From: a bacterium
GTDB lineage: Bacteria > Elusimicrobiota > Elusimicrobia > Elusimicrobiales > UBA9959
Direction: 5' to 3'
DNA: 64,000 nucleotides
Assembly: GCA_021789695.1 (NCBI GenBank)
Contig: JAJYJH010000011.1
Coordinates: 486-64,485, forward strand
Every line of letters begins with the position of its first letter. Position 1 is the stretch's first letter. The position numbers were made by a program, and so were the translations under genes. Below, one piece after another: positions 47,561 through 56,976 of this stretch. The notes below the pieces were generated by a model, which saw nothing but the letters and a program-made list of their open reading frames with translations, did not search any database and was not told the DNA's origin.

Positions 47561-47658
47561 ATCAGACGGTTCTCCGACGCTCACCACTGCGCCGCGGAAT
47601 GCCGATTGGTCCATTATATATATTATGAGTTTTCCGCCAAAGGTTGTAAAATCACTCA
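47561..47658. promoter_or_regulatory. AT-rich divergent promoter region between two GT4 genes
   Basis: The 98-bp intergenic spacer contains attatatatattatgag, in sharp contrast to the flanking GC-rich coding sequence. No specific boxes are assigned. Confidence 0.35.
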
Positions 47659-48891
47659 ATGCGCATCTGCCTGCTCACTACCTCCACCACCGTCCACCAG
47701 ATGGGCGGCACCGAGGTGCAGGCCGAGACGCTGGCGAAAGAAGCGGCAAAGCTAGGCCATTCTGTTTTCATCCTCACTTCAGCCCACCCGGCCGGCCCGC
47801 AAAGGGAGAACAACGGAACGTACACGGCCGTCTACATCCCCGACACGCATTTTTCCATGTCGCGCCCGTGGGTAAAACGCTGGGAACAGGAGCTCCCCAA
47901 GGCCGCGGCGGCGCTTCGCGAGAAGGAAAAGATAGACGTGTTCTGGGCGGAGAATTTTTCCGGACTCCCCTACGCCGCCATCCCGTCGGAAAAGCGGGCG
48001 CCGTTGATCTCCATAGCCAACGGGCTCGCCTTCCGCGGCGAGATCGCCAGCGCTTTCAACGGCGTTTCAGGGATCGGCGGGCTCTTCCACTTTTTCACCC
48101 GTTACGCCGGGCAGGCCCTATTCTACCATCTTCCCCGTTTCAGGGCTTTGGCACGCGATTCTGATCTGATAGCCGCAGTAAGCCGCGAAACCGAGGCGGC
48201 CCTGAATACGGAATTCCCGGCCAGCAAGGGGAAAACTTTTGTAGTCTACAACCCGGTGGATTGCGCCTTGTTCAAGGCAGACGCTTCGCTTCGCGCCCAG
48301 GCGAGAGCCGAACTTGGATTTGCCGCATCCGATCTTGTAATACTTATGGCAGGCGTGCTTCACAGGCAGAAGGGGATACACCTCGGTCTCAAGGCCTTTT
48401 CCGCTATTGCGGAAAAATTCCCTTCGACGCGCCTCCTGATAGCCGGCGACGGACCCCAGCGCGCAGAACTGGAAAAAGCGGCGGCCACTCTCCGGCGCCG
48501 CGTCATATTCTGCGGGACAAAAGGAAATGCGGAAATGCCGGCCTGCTACAACGCCGCGGACATCTACCTGAATCCCACCCTGCGGGGCGAAGGCCTGGGT
48601 TTAGTGAACATAGAGGCCATGGCCTGCGGCCTTCCGTGCGTGATATCAAAGGCCGGCGGCACCGGCTCCACCATTGACGAAGGGCTGAGCGGCTATTTTA
48701 CCGCCCCCGGGAACGTGCCGGAGACGGAGGCGCGCCTGTCCGCGCTCCTGTCCGACGGAAAGCTGCGCCTCGAAATGGGGACGGCCGGCAGAAAGAAGGC
48801 GCTGAAGGTCTTTGAAATATCGACAGTGGTAAAACGCTACGTTTCTGCCAGCCTGGAACTGCTGGCGAAACGGGCTCAGCGCCTGCCGTAG
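47659..48891 (+). CDS. GT4 family glycosyltransferase
   Basis: MRICLLTTSTTVHQMGGTEV N-terminus and GEGLGLVNIEAMACGLPCVISKAGG motif. Confidence 0.8.
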   Translation: MRICLLTTSTTVHQMGGTEVQAETLAKEAAKLGHSVFILTSAHPAGPQRENNGTYTAVYIPDTHFSMSRPWVKRWEQELPKAAAALREKEKIDVFWAENFSGLPYAAIPSEKRAPLISIANGLAFRGEIASAFNGVSGIGGLFHFFTRYAGQALFYHLPRFRALARDSDLIAAVSRETEAALNTEFPASKGKTFVVYNPVDCALFKADASLRAQARAELGFAASDLVILMAGVLHRQKGIHLGLKAFSAIAEKFPSTRLLIAGDGPQRAELEKAAATLRRRVIFCGTKGNAEMPACYNAADIYLNPTLRGEGLGLVNIEAMACGLPCVISKAGGTGSTIDEGLSGYFTAPGNVPETEARLSALLSDGKLRLEMGTAGRKKALKVFEISTVVKRYVSASLELLAKRAQRLP

Positions 48892-49766
48892 CGCCCAGCC
48901 AGGCCGTCGAAGACGGCCCGGAAGATCAGGCCCAGCTCCCGGAAGTTGGAACCCCGGTTGTGGCGCAGCGATTCCAGGATATAGAGCGGCAGCCCGAGGA
49001 AAACGGTAACCGCAGTAGCGATCAGCCTTCTAAGCGGCGGGAAGTTGCGTCTGAAGACCAGCAGTTTGTTGCGGTAGAGGTAATAGAGCCTGTCGCGGCG
49101 CCCTCCTCCGAGCGGCGGGATATCGTGCAGGGCCTTGACGGAGGGACAGTAGCGCAGCTTCCAGCCGGCCTTCCCCAGCTGAAGGCAGTAATCCACCTCC
49201 TCGTGCGCCGTATAGAAATCCCCTACGTGCCTAACTCCGGCGGCCGCCGAGGCCCGCACAAGAAAACAGCTGAAGTTGAGCCAGTCGCATTCCGTCTCCA
49301 CGTTCGCGTCAAGTTCGGAATACCGCCCGCTCCATTTCCCGACGAAATTCGCGCAGTGTGCCGTTCTTTCAGGGTCGCAGGCGTAGACCAGCCGCGGACC
49401 GGCCATGCCGCAGTCAGGATGCGCTTTTAGGCAAGCCAGCAGCGCGCGCACCGCGCCCTTCTCCATGTAGACGTCGTCATCGAGATAAAGCAGGTATTCG
49501 GCTTTGCCGGAAGAGCGGCGCAGGAACCCCCTGTTGCGGGCTATCCCCATGTTCCGCGCGTTGCGCAGCACGCGCAGGTCCGCCAGGCCACGGGCCAAGA
49601 ACTCCCCGCGGCGCGCGACCAGCTCCTCCGCGGTGCCGTCGGTACCGCAGTCATCAAGCACGGTAAGCGTCATTCCCGCCAGCGGATAATCCTGCGCCAG
49701 CAGCGCCTCCACCGTGCGCGCCAGCGCTTCGCGCCTGTTATACGTACTGATAAGGGCGTTTATCAT
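48876..49766 (-). CDS. GT2 family glycosyltransferase
   Basis: ISTYNRREAL...VLDDCGTDGT...LYLDDDV (the DxD region of GT-A fold GT2). Its 3' end overlaps the convergent GT4 gene by 16 nt. Confidence 0.8.
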   Translation of the reverse strand: MINALISTYNRREALARTVEALLAQDYPLAGMTLTVLDDCGTDGTAEELVARRGEFLARGLADLRVLRNARNMGIARNRGFLRRSSGKAEYLLYLDDDVYMEKGAVRALLACLKAHPDCGMAGPRLVYACDPERTAHCANFVGKWSGRYSELDANVETECDWLNFSCFLVRASAAAGVRHVGDFYTAHEEVDYCLQLGKAGWKLRYCPSVKALHDIPPLGGGRRDRLYYLYRNKLLVFRRNFPPLRRLIATAVTVFLGLPLYILESLRHNRGSNFRELGLIFRAVFDGLAGRYGRR

Positions 49767-49787
49767 GACACGGGTCCGGGCCGCCGC

Positions 49788-50594
49788 CTAGCGCATGGCC
49801 AATTCGCCGGTCTTCACCTTCCTTCCGCGCCGGCAGTAGACTATCGCCAGCGTCAGGACCGTCAGCGCGTAAAAACAGGTCATGAAGACCAGGAAGGCGT
49901 CCGCTAAGCCGAAGGCAAAAGCCGGCACCAGCAGCAGGTAATGAGTCTCCCTGACGCGCAGGTTGTGCGCCAGCGAGCGCGCCAGCACCTCCGGCCAATT
50001 CTTGCCCACCACCGGGGTAGCCGTCGGCGCCACGCCGTGGGCCGCCCGTAATTTCTCCCAACCGGCCCTCAGCGTCTGATCGAAGGTCCTCTCCAGGTAG
50101 GCGGCGTAGACAGACAGGAAGAAGCACAGCGCCCCGACGGTGAGCCAGAGGCCCGGCAGCAGGCCCAGCGAATCCCCCGTGTGCCGCAGCTGCGGCGAGC
50201 GCCAGACGACGACGCCGAGCAGCAGCCAGAACAGCATGTCCGCCCAGCCCATCGCCTCGTCCAGGAAGCGCCCGTAGGAGTTGCGCCTGTCGGTTATCCT
50301 CGCTATGCCGCCGTCCAGGCAGTCGAAGAAGTTGAACAGCATCAGGAAACCGAGTCCCTGCCAGAGCAGCGGGCGCGACGGCCACAGGAAGCAGACGAAG
50401 CCCAGCAGGGCCGAGAGTCCCGAGAACCAGGAGGCCAGTTCGCCGCTGACTCCCAGCCTGACCAGCAGCCAGATGGCCGGGAAAGAAGGCGGCCTAAAAA
50501 CGAAGCGGCTGGCCAGCAGGTAGCGCTCGTACTCCACCTTGGGCCCGTGCGAGGCCTTTATCTCGGCCAAAGTGGGATATTTCTGTTCGCTCAT
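49788..50594 (-). CDS. CDP-alcohol phosphatidyltransferase family membrane protein
   Basis: FDCLDGGIARITDRRNSYGRFLDEAMGWAD matches D-x2-DG-x2-AR-x8-G-x3-D, but the final Asp is not at the canonical +4 spacing. About 6 TM segments. Confidence 0.7.
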   Translation of the reverse strand: MSEQKYPTLAEIKASHGPKVEYERYLLASRFVFRPPSFPAIWLLVRLGVSGELASWFSGLSALLGFVCFLWPSRPLLWQGLGFLMLFNFFDCLDGGIARITDRRNSYGRFLDEAMGWADMLFWLLLGVVVWRSPQLRHTGDSLGLLPGLWLTVGALCFFLSVYAAYLERTFDQTLRAGWEKLRAAHGVAPTATPVVGKNWPEVLARSLAHNLRVRETHYLLLVPAFAFGLADAFLVFMTCFYALTVLTLAIVYCRRGRKVKTGELAMR

Positions 50595-51838
50595 ACCGGC
50601 CTCCCAGCGCCGGCAATACGCTCCATGTTGGCGGCCAGCGCTTTGTAATTAACTATCACCCAGACGAAAAGCAGCAATGCCGCGACGAACTGCAGCGAGA
50701 ACAGCAGCGGGAACAGGGCCGGATAAGAATTTCTGTTATGCCATACCAGGTCCAAGGTCGGACGGCCGGGGCCGAGCGGCAGATGATGGGCTATGATCTC
50801 CCAGAAGTTAAGGAACACGAATACCGCCAGGAAAACAGGTATGGCCTTAAAGTCCTTGCGCTCTTCCAGGAGCGAGTGGAGAACGAAATAGAACGGGACC
50901 AAGAATAACCCGGAATACGTGAGCCAAGACGACGGCAGCAGCAAGGTAACCGCCACGCTCAGCGCAAAAAGGTCCGCGGCGCGGCTTCCCGGGCCTGGCA
51001 CTGCGGCGCGGCCCGGCGCCCGCCACCACAGCAGCCCGAGGACTAACGCGAGAACGATATTCGGCAGAAGCAGCGCGGAGGCAGATGCCTCCGGCCAGAA
51101 CAATTTAAGGAAGTAGGTCAGGGACATGGCCTGCAGAGGACCGACCATCGAGTTCAGACCGCGCAAATGGACGAAGTAGTTAAGGTTTTCGCGGAGCCCG
51201 AAGACGGACAGGGAAAGAAGCGCCAGGAACAGCAGGAAGCCGAAAAATCTCACAAAGGCCGGATAAGCGCGCTCTCGGAGAAAAAACCCCATCAGCAGCG
51301 CCGGCATCACCTTTATAGCGGAAAATCCGGCTATCAGGTACGAAGAAAACCGCGTCCTTCCGGAAAGTATTTCCGCGTAGACAAGGTAGAGTCCGAAAAA
51401 AATAAGTATGTTTATATTGCCGATAAAAAATGTCTGGTACAGCGGCGTTGAAACATAGGCTATGGCCACGGCTGCCAGGGAAAGCAGCCTTCCTTTCTTC
51501 CGGCCAAAAGAATATATGCCGTAAGCGGCGTACAACATAAGAAGATGCCCCAGGGCGAACCACAAAGACTTCGCCGCCGTCACGGGCAACCAGGAAAAAG
51601 GCAGGTAAAGAACAACTACGGCAGGGAAGTAGAAGAAAGCGCTGAGGTCGGCCGGCATGGTATAGATGGAGCGTCCCGCCAGGTAATTCCCGGCAGCGGT
51701 ATAGCCCAGCCTGAAGTCATATCCCGAAATGCCTGAATACACGAAAATTATTTTATAGAAGGCGTAATAACAGTAGGCCGCTATTCCCAAGCCGGCCAAC
51801 GCGCCGTAAAACACCTTTTTTTTTATTTCTCTATCCAT
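50591..51838 (-). CDS. Polytopic GT-C type glycosyltransferase, GT87/DUF2029-like
   Basis: 415 aa with about 11 TM segments. N-terminal GYDFRLGYTAAGNYLAGRSIY...FFYFPAVV resembles the DUF2029 signature. Its stop forms an ATGA overlap with the start of the downstream gene (50591-50594). Confidence 0.55.
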   Translation of the reverse strand: MDREIKKKVFYGALAGLGIAAYCYYAFYKIIFVYSGISGYDFRLGYTAAGNYLAGRSIYTMPADLSAFFYFPAVVVLYLPFSWLPVTAAKSLWFALGHLLMLYAAYGIYSFGRKKGRLLSLAAVAIAYVSTPLYQTFFIGNINILIFFGLYLVYAEILSGRTRFSSYLIAGFSAIKVMPALLMGFFLRERAYPAFVRFFGFLLFLALLSLSVFGLRENLNYFVHLRGLNSMVGPLQAMSLTYFLKLFWPEASASALLLPNIVLALVLGLLWWRAPGRAAVPGPGSRAADLFALSVAVTLLLPSSWLTYSGLFLVPFYFVLHSLLEERKDFKAIPVFLAVFVFLNFWEIIAHHLPLGPGRPTLDLVWHNRNSYPALFPLLFSLQFVAALLLFVWVIVNYKALAANMERIAGAGRPV

Positions 51839-51841
51839 AAG

Positions 51842-52762
51842 TTATAGCAGCCATGGCCTTGCACGCGCTTTCGCTCCCGTATAATGGTCGAATATGGCCA
51901 GGGCATAGGCCCAGGCCTTCCTGAAACGCTTCTGTCCGCTGGCTTTCAGCAGGAGCCAGGCGATATCCCGCGCGAAACCGCGCAGCAGCCTGCCCTTGGC
52001 GGCGGACGCGTGGATATCGCAGAACAACAGGTGGCTGAAGGTCTTGTGATAAGCCTTCAGCGGGGAATCGGTGCCGCCGGAGGAGGCCGACACCTTATGC
52101 CAGATCCTAGCGGCAGGGACCACGACGCATTTGCAGCCTGCAGCCCTGGCGCGCAGCCCCCAGTCGGAATCCTCCCAGTACAGGAAGAAGCGCTCGTCCA
52201 GCGGGCCGATCTTCTCTATCACTTCCCTCTTTACCAGCAGCGCGCAGCCGGTTATGTAATCCGACTCTTCCGGCGCAAAATGTCCGTAGTCCCGCTCAGC
52301 CTGGTCCGAACCGGGGAAAGAAAAAGAACAGTTACCCTTGTTGAACTTCGCCCCGGAGAACCAAATCTTTTCCTTCTCCGCGAAATAGAATATCCTCGGC
52401 CCCAGCATACCGGCTTCCGGCCTCTTCCCCGCTTCCTCAAGCAGTTTCTCCAGAAAGTCCGGCGCCGCCACCGTATCGTCGTTGAGCAGCAGTATGTAGT
52501 CGGCGCCCTTTCCCAGCGCCGCTCTCAGGCCCAGATTATTGCCGGCGGAATATCCGGTGTTAAAGCCGGATACGGCGACCTCGGAGATCTTTCCGGAAAG
52601 TGCCCGGACAGCCTCCTCGAATCCATGCTCCCGGGGAGCGTTCCTCACTATTATGATTTCAGACCCTGGTAAAGCAGCCTCGTCCAGCGAGCGGACGCAA
52701 TCCGCTACTGCGGAGGCATCCCCGAGGGTCAGAATGACCGCGGCAATCTTCGTCCCGGTCAT
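51842..52762 (-). CDS. GT2 family glycosyltransferase (rhamnosyltransferase-like)
   Basis: AAVILTLGD...NTGYSAGNNLG...LLLNDDT motifs. Confidence 0.75.
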   Translation of the reverse strand: MTGTKIAAVILTLGDASAVADCVRSLDEAALPGSEIIIVRNAPREHGFEEAVRALSGKISEVAVSGFNTGYSAGNNLGLRAALGKGADYILLLNDDTVAAPDFLEKLLEEAGKRPEAGMLGPRIFYFAEKEKIWFSGAKFNKGNCSFSFPGSDQAERDYGHFAPEESDYITGCALLVKREVIEKIGPLDERFFLYWEDSDWGLRARAAGCKCVVVPAARIWHKVSASSGGTDSPLKAYHKTFSHLLFCDIHASAAKGRLLRGFARDIAWLLLKASGQKRFRKAWAYALAIFDHYTGAKARARPWLL

Positions 52763-54057
52763 GCCCGCTCCTTGAAATAAGGCCGCGAGATCTCGTCAAG
52801 TATATCGGCACATTTCGCCGCGACGTTAGGCCAGTCGTAGCGGGCCCTGGCCGCGGCCAGATTTACCGGCGGCGGCATATCTCCGGACAGAACCTCCTCG
52901 ATAGCGGAACGCCATGCCCCGTAATCCTTCGGCGGCAGCAGCCGGCCGGCCGGCAGGGAGCGCATCAAATCGGCGGTGTCCCCCACGGCCGTGGCCATTA
53001 CCGGAAGTCCGCAGGCCATAGCCTTCATAACCGAGACGGGCCCGCCCTCGTCAGACGCGGAAGAGACGTATATATCGGAGGCCCAGTAGAGTTCCCTCAA
53101 CGCTTCCCCCTCAGCGTACCGGAGCATGGCTCCGGCGCCGCTGGCGACGACGGGCTTCGTGAGGCGCTGCAGCTCGGACACGAAATTCGCTGGCCCCTGG
53201 CCGGCCACGATCAGGAAGGCCGGCCCTGTATCGGGAAGAGAGTTAAAAACCGCCACCAGCCTGTCCAGCTGTTTGCGCGCCAGGAAATTACCGGAGGCAA
53301 AGAAGATTTTTTTTCCTTCCTTTATTCCGAGCCGCTCCCGCGCGGCGGCCCTCTCCGCGGGAGCTGGCGGCCGCCAAAAAACGAAATCACATCCCATGCA
53401 CAACCTTTCCACTCTGCCGCCGTAGACCGCCCGCACCTCCGCCAGTCCTTCGTCCGACTGTTCGGTGATCACATCCGCGTACGCAAGCAGTCGTTTCACT
53501 TCCAGATGCTCAAGCAGGAGCGAAAGATACGTGAGCGGCCTGTGCGGGGCCATGAACTCCAGCAGAGGATGGCTGAACATCCCGTCGCTCCTCAGGAAAA
53601 CCGGGAATCTTTTGACCTGCCCCAAGGAGGCCAGTATCGCGCGAAAGAACGGCGCATGGAAGCCGTACGTCCCGCCAAGCATCAGTATCACGCGTTCTCC
53701 GCCAAGCGCGGCCAGCTCGCGCAGGATTGCCTCCGAGAAAAGGGCCTCCTGCCTGCGGAGCCCGATCTTGAACGCTCCGCGCGCGGCCGGGAAAAGACGA
53801 TGAGTCACCCCGCTGGGCAGTTGCGCGGAATATTCCCTGTCGGCCCTAGCGTCCGGCTGCCAGGATTCCCAGGAATAGCCGCGGCGCAGTTTGAGCACCT
53901 CGGCACCCAGCAGGTCGTGCCATTCCCTCCCCCATATTCCCACCCGCCAGCCGCCGGAGTTATTCCAGGAAACGTCGGGCTCCGATCCCCAGGAGAAATC
54001 GTAAGCCGGTCCCGACGGCATTATGGCTATAACCCTGGTCGTCGGGCGCTCAATCAT
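52759..54057 (-). CDS. GT4/GT1-like glycosyltransferase with a divergent N-terminal half
   Basis: The C-terminal half has SDEGGPVSVMKAMACGLPVMATAVGD. The N-terminal half has no recognisable motif. Confidence 0.6.
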   Translation of the reverse strand: MIERPTTRVIAIMPSGPAYDFSWGSEPDVSWNNSGGWRVGIWGREWHDLLGAEVLKLRRGYSWESWQPDARADREYSAQLPSGVTHRLFPAARGAFKIGLRRQEALFSEAILRELAALGGERVILMLGGTYGFHAPFFRAILASLGQVKRFPVFLRSDGMFSHPLLEFMAPHRPLTYLSLLLEHLEVKRLLAYADVITEQSDEGLAEVRAVYGGRVERLCMGCDFVFWRPPAPAERAAARERLGIKEGKKIFFASGNFLARKQLDRLVAVFNSLPDTGPAFLIVAGQGPANFVSELQRLTKPVVASGAGAMLRYAEGEALRELYWASDIYVSSASDEGGPVSVMKAMACGLPVMATAVGDTADLMRSLPAGRLLPPKDYGAWRSAIEEVLSGDMPPPVNLAAARARYDWPNVAAKCADILDEISRPYFKERA

Positions 54058-56029
54058 GGCCTTTTTTTCGTGCGATGATTATAATCCCTGAGGCCCGCAT
54101 GTCGCCGTAGGCCCGGACCAGCCTGCCAGGCAGGCCCAGCTTTCGCATCACAGAGGCTACCGGGCCTTCCATGCCGGTCCCAGGGAATACGGTGGTCGCG
54201 TCCAGCCCTAAGTCCTCGAGGATCCTCACCACGTCGAACCGGTTCGCCAGCCAAGTGGCGTCGAAATCGTGGCCGCAGGCCGCCTCGTTTTCGGAGAGCA
54301 CAGGAGTAAGATAGTATATTTTCCTGTTCAGTTTAAGCCACTTCAGGGCCATTATTGCGGAGATCCGAACAAAACGAAGCATCGCGCCGATCCGGCTCCG
54401 CGCTTCCCAGGGCCTGTACGCGGGCTTTTTCTTCCAATGAACGAAATCGGAGAGGTGCTGGACCGGGTCCAGGAAGGAAGGCAGATTTACGATGAGGATC
54501 CCTCCCGGCCTGAGCACGCGGGCCATCTCCGTGAGCGTTCCCTCCACGTCAGCGGAATGCTCCAGGAACAGGGTCGAGGAAACCCCGTCGAAACACCGGT
54601 CCGGAAAAGACATGCAGGAGGCGTCCTCTACCAGGAAACGCATGTTCTCCCGCCCGGCGTGACGACGCCTGGCCTCGGCTATGAAAAGCGGCGAAATATC
54701 TACCCCTGTCGCGTCGAAGCCGGCTCCGGCGAGCAGGCGGGTAAAGCTCCCAAGCCCGCAGCCGCAGTCCAGCACCCTGGCTCCTGGGCCGAAATTAGAG
54801 GAACAGGCCTGCAGCATTTCGGGGTATCCCGACCTGTCGTTGCCCTTCAGACTTTCCTTATAGCTGTTGGAAGAGGAATAGAAATCGTGCATCGTCTTCT
54901 TCGCGCTATCGCGCGGGGATGGCTGGAGTCGGGTCCGGGTCTCCATCAGTCCCTCGTAATATCTTTCCAGCTGCGCCCCCACCTTCTCGAACAGAAAATT
55001 CTCCTCGGCGAACCGGCGGCCCTTCTCGCCCAGCCTGCGGCGCAGGCCGGCGTCGCGGCACAACTCGAGCGCGCGGTGCGCGTAAGCCCTGTGATCTCCG
55101 GCGGCCACGAAAAAGCCGCATTCCTCCACGAAGGCTTTGTGACCGTTGGCGACAAGGCTCCGATGAGAGACCACGGGCTTCCCGTGCATCATCGCTTCTG
55201 CGATGGTGAGGCCGAACGTCTCGCCGTCCAGGCGCGAATGGGCGAGGATATCTATCGTGTTGTAGAACTCCGTTACCTCGTCGTCAGATATGACCGGTCC
55301 GGCAAGGAAGCGCACTTTGCAGAGGCCCAGTTCGGCGGCCGCGCGGACCATCGCTGGAGGCGGGGACTGGACAAGATACAGAACGTCGACCCCCGCCTCC
55401 CTCTCGAGAATGGAGAAAGCCCTCAGCGATATAGGGTCGAATATTCTGTCGTCAGGTCGCCCGATACGTCCCAGCACGACGGTCTTTCCGGATATTCTGA
55501 GCTTCCCGCGAAGATCGCGGCCGTGCCGCGGCCGTTTGACCGGATTGAAAAGAACGGCCGAGGGGCCTGCGCGGCCGCCGCGCGCCAGATACCCGTTCAC
55601 GAACAACGTCAGGTCAACGACCCCGGACGGGTCAAAGCCGCCGAAAACGTTCGTCTCCACCACTTTGGAACAATATTCCTTGAGCCGCGGCACCACTGGG
55701 AATTCCGGACCCCGGCCGCTCCGATGGACATGGAATATCTCTGGGCGCACGACAGCCGCAAATGAAAATAATTCTTCGGCCGAGGAATAGGCCATGACCT
55801 TTTCCGCTCCGAGCAGCTCCTTGAGTATGCTTTCCCTGTACCCTCCAGCAAGGTCCGTGAGCTGACGCTTGTGCATGCAGTAGCAGTCATAGCCCGAACC
55901 ATTAAGGTATTCAAGGAAATACTGCATGCACTTTTCTGTGCCGCCAATGCCCAACTGGTTGGAGTGATGGACGATCCTCACGATCTTTCCCCCGGGCCGG
56001 GCCGGCCGGACCATAAGCGGGACCGACAC
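54050..56029 (-). CDS. Fusion: GT4 glycosyltransferase (N-terminal) plus class I SAM-dependent methyltransferase (C-terminal)
   Basis: GETFGLTIAEAMMHGKPVVSH (GT4) is followed by VLDCGCGLGSFTRLLAGAGFDATGVDISP (SAM motif I) and LRPGGILIV. The track start is a GTG at 56029. An alternative ATG lies at 56014. Confidence 0.75.
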   Translation of the reverse strand: MSVPLMVRPARPGGKIVRIVHHSNQLGIGGTEKCMQYFLEYLNGSGYDCYCMHKRQLTDLAGGYRESILKELLGAEKVMAYSSAEELFSFAAVVRPEIFHVHRSGRGPEFPVVPRLKEYCSKVVETNVFGGFDPSGVVDLTLFVNGYLARGGRAGPSAVLFNPVKRPRHGRDLRGKLRISGKTVVLGRIGRPDDRIFDPISLRAFSILEREAGVDVLYLVQSPPPAMVRAAAELGLCKVRFLAGPVISDDEVTEFYNTIDILAHSRLDGETFGLTIAEAMMHGKPVVSHRSLVANGHKAFVEECGFFVAAGDHRAYAHRALELCRDAGLRRRLGEKGRRFAEENFLFEKVGAQLERYYEGLMETRTRLQPSPRDSAKKTMHDFYSSSNSYKESLKGNDRSGYPEMLQACSSNFGPGARVLDCGCGLGSFTRLLAGAGFDATGVDISPLFIAEARRRHAGRENMRFLVEDASCMSFPDRCFDGVSSTLFLEHSADVEGTLTEMARVLRPGGILIVNLPSFLDPVQHLSDFVHWKKKPAYRPWEARSRIGAMLRFVRISAIMALKWLKLNRKIYYLTPVLSENEAACGHDFDATWLANRFDVVRILEDLGLDATTVFPGTGMEGPVASVMRKLGLPGRLVRAYGDMRASGIIIIARKKGHD

Positions 56030-56070
56030 GCCGCCAATTCGTCTTTTTTTCCGTTTTTAAGCATACGGAG

Positions 56071-56976
56071 CTATTTCGCGTAATCTCCAGAGAACAGCGC
56101 CTTCATCAGCCCGTACTGGTAACCGGCGGAATACAACATCGCGTAGAGGACAACCCGCGGCTCGCGCTTACGCGCTCCGACGCACAGGCCTTTGAACAGT
56201 TCTTTCAGCGGATTATGGTGGATCAGCGAAGCGGAAAGGCACCGCCGCGCCCTCCCGCTCCTCTCCACAGCGACGTTCTTGCCGCTCCAGGCCGCCTCGG
56301 AGAATATCTCCCCGGGACCGCTTATGTTCAGATGGTAGCAGACGGCGTCCGGCACTATCGCCGCGTAAACCCCGGTACGTCTGGAGACGGAGGCGTCGTC
56401 CCCCTTTCCCTCCGCTTCGGAAAAACCGCCGCTCGACAGGAAGAAATCCTTCCTCACCGCGCGATACACGCTCTCCCTGTCGGGTGGGACGAGCGGCTGC
56501 CGTCTCCCGTCCGGATTGCCTAGGAACCAGGTCTGGCACCTGGCCCAGAGGTTATCCCAGTTGGCGACCCGCTCGTTCCAATGGCAGGTCGCTATGGCGT
56601 TCCCGGAGAGGATTGGGGCGATGAGTTTCGAAACATAGTCGCCGGCGAACGTCATATCGGCGTCCGCGAAAAGGAGAATCTTGCCGGAAGCCGAGCGCGA
56701 ACCGAGATTGCGCGCCGCGCCGGGCCCTCCATGGTCCTGTACCAGCAGCTTTATCCCGAGGCGCCTGCATATTTCCGGGGAGGAATCCGTAGAGCCGTCG
56801 TCGACCGCTATTATCTCCAAAGGCCGGAAATCCTGAGCCCTCAGCGACGCGATGCAGGCCTCGAGAGAGACCTCCTCGTTAAAGACCGGGATCACGGCCG
56901 TCACCGAAGGCTCCGTGACAGGAGAATAGTACTGACCGCGCCTTTCCGTATGAGCGGCGGGGCTCAGCGGGGTCAT
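56071..56976 (-). CDS. GT2 family glycosyltransferase
   Basis: An internal ATG at 56974-56976 follows a GGAGGAAGG RBS and forms an ATGA overlap with the upstream stop. VTAVIPVFNEE...AVDDGSTD...FADADM motifs. The 181 upstream codons in the track ORF are Arg/Gly-rich shadow sequence. Confidence 0.8.
   Translation of the reverse strand: MTPLSPAAHTERRGQYYSPVTEPSVTAVIPVFNEEVSLEACIASLRAQDFRPLEIIAVDDGSTDSSPEICRRLGIKLLVQDHGGPGAARNLGSRSASGKILLFADADMTFAGDYVSKLIAPILSGNAIATCHWNERVANWDNLWARCQTWFLGNPDGRRQPLVPPDRESVYRAVRKDFFLSSGGFSEAEGKGDDASVSRRTGVYAAIVPDAVCYHLNISGPGEIFSEAAWSGKNVAVERSGRARRCLSASLIHHNPLKELFKGLCVGARKREPRVVLYAMLYSAGYQYGLMKALFSGDYAK

Noticed and set aside
54269-55765. 498-aa plus-strand ORF
   Set aside because: It is antisense to the GT4-methyltransferase fusion and has Arg/Gly/Pro-rich shadow composition. 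The same applies to other long opposite-strand ORFs such as 10670-11755, 12910-13893, 23357-24325, 26469-27212, 30696-31682 and 61355-62353.
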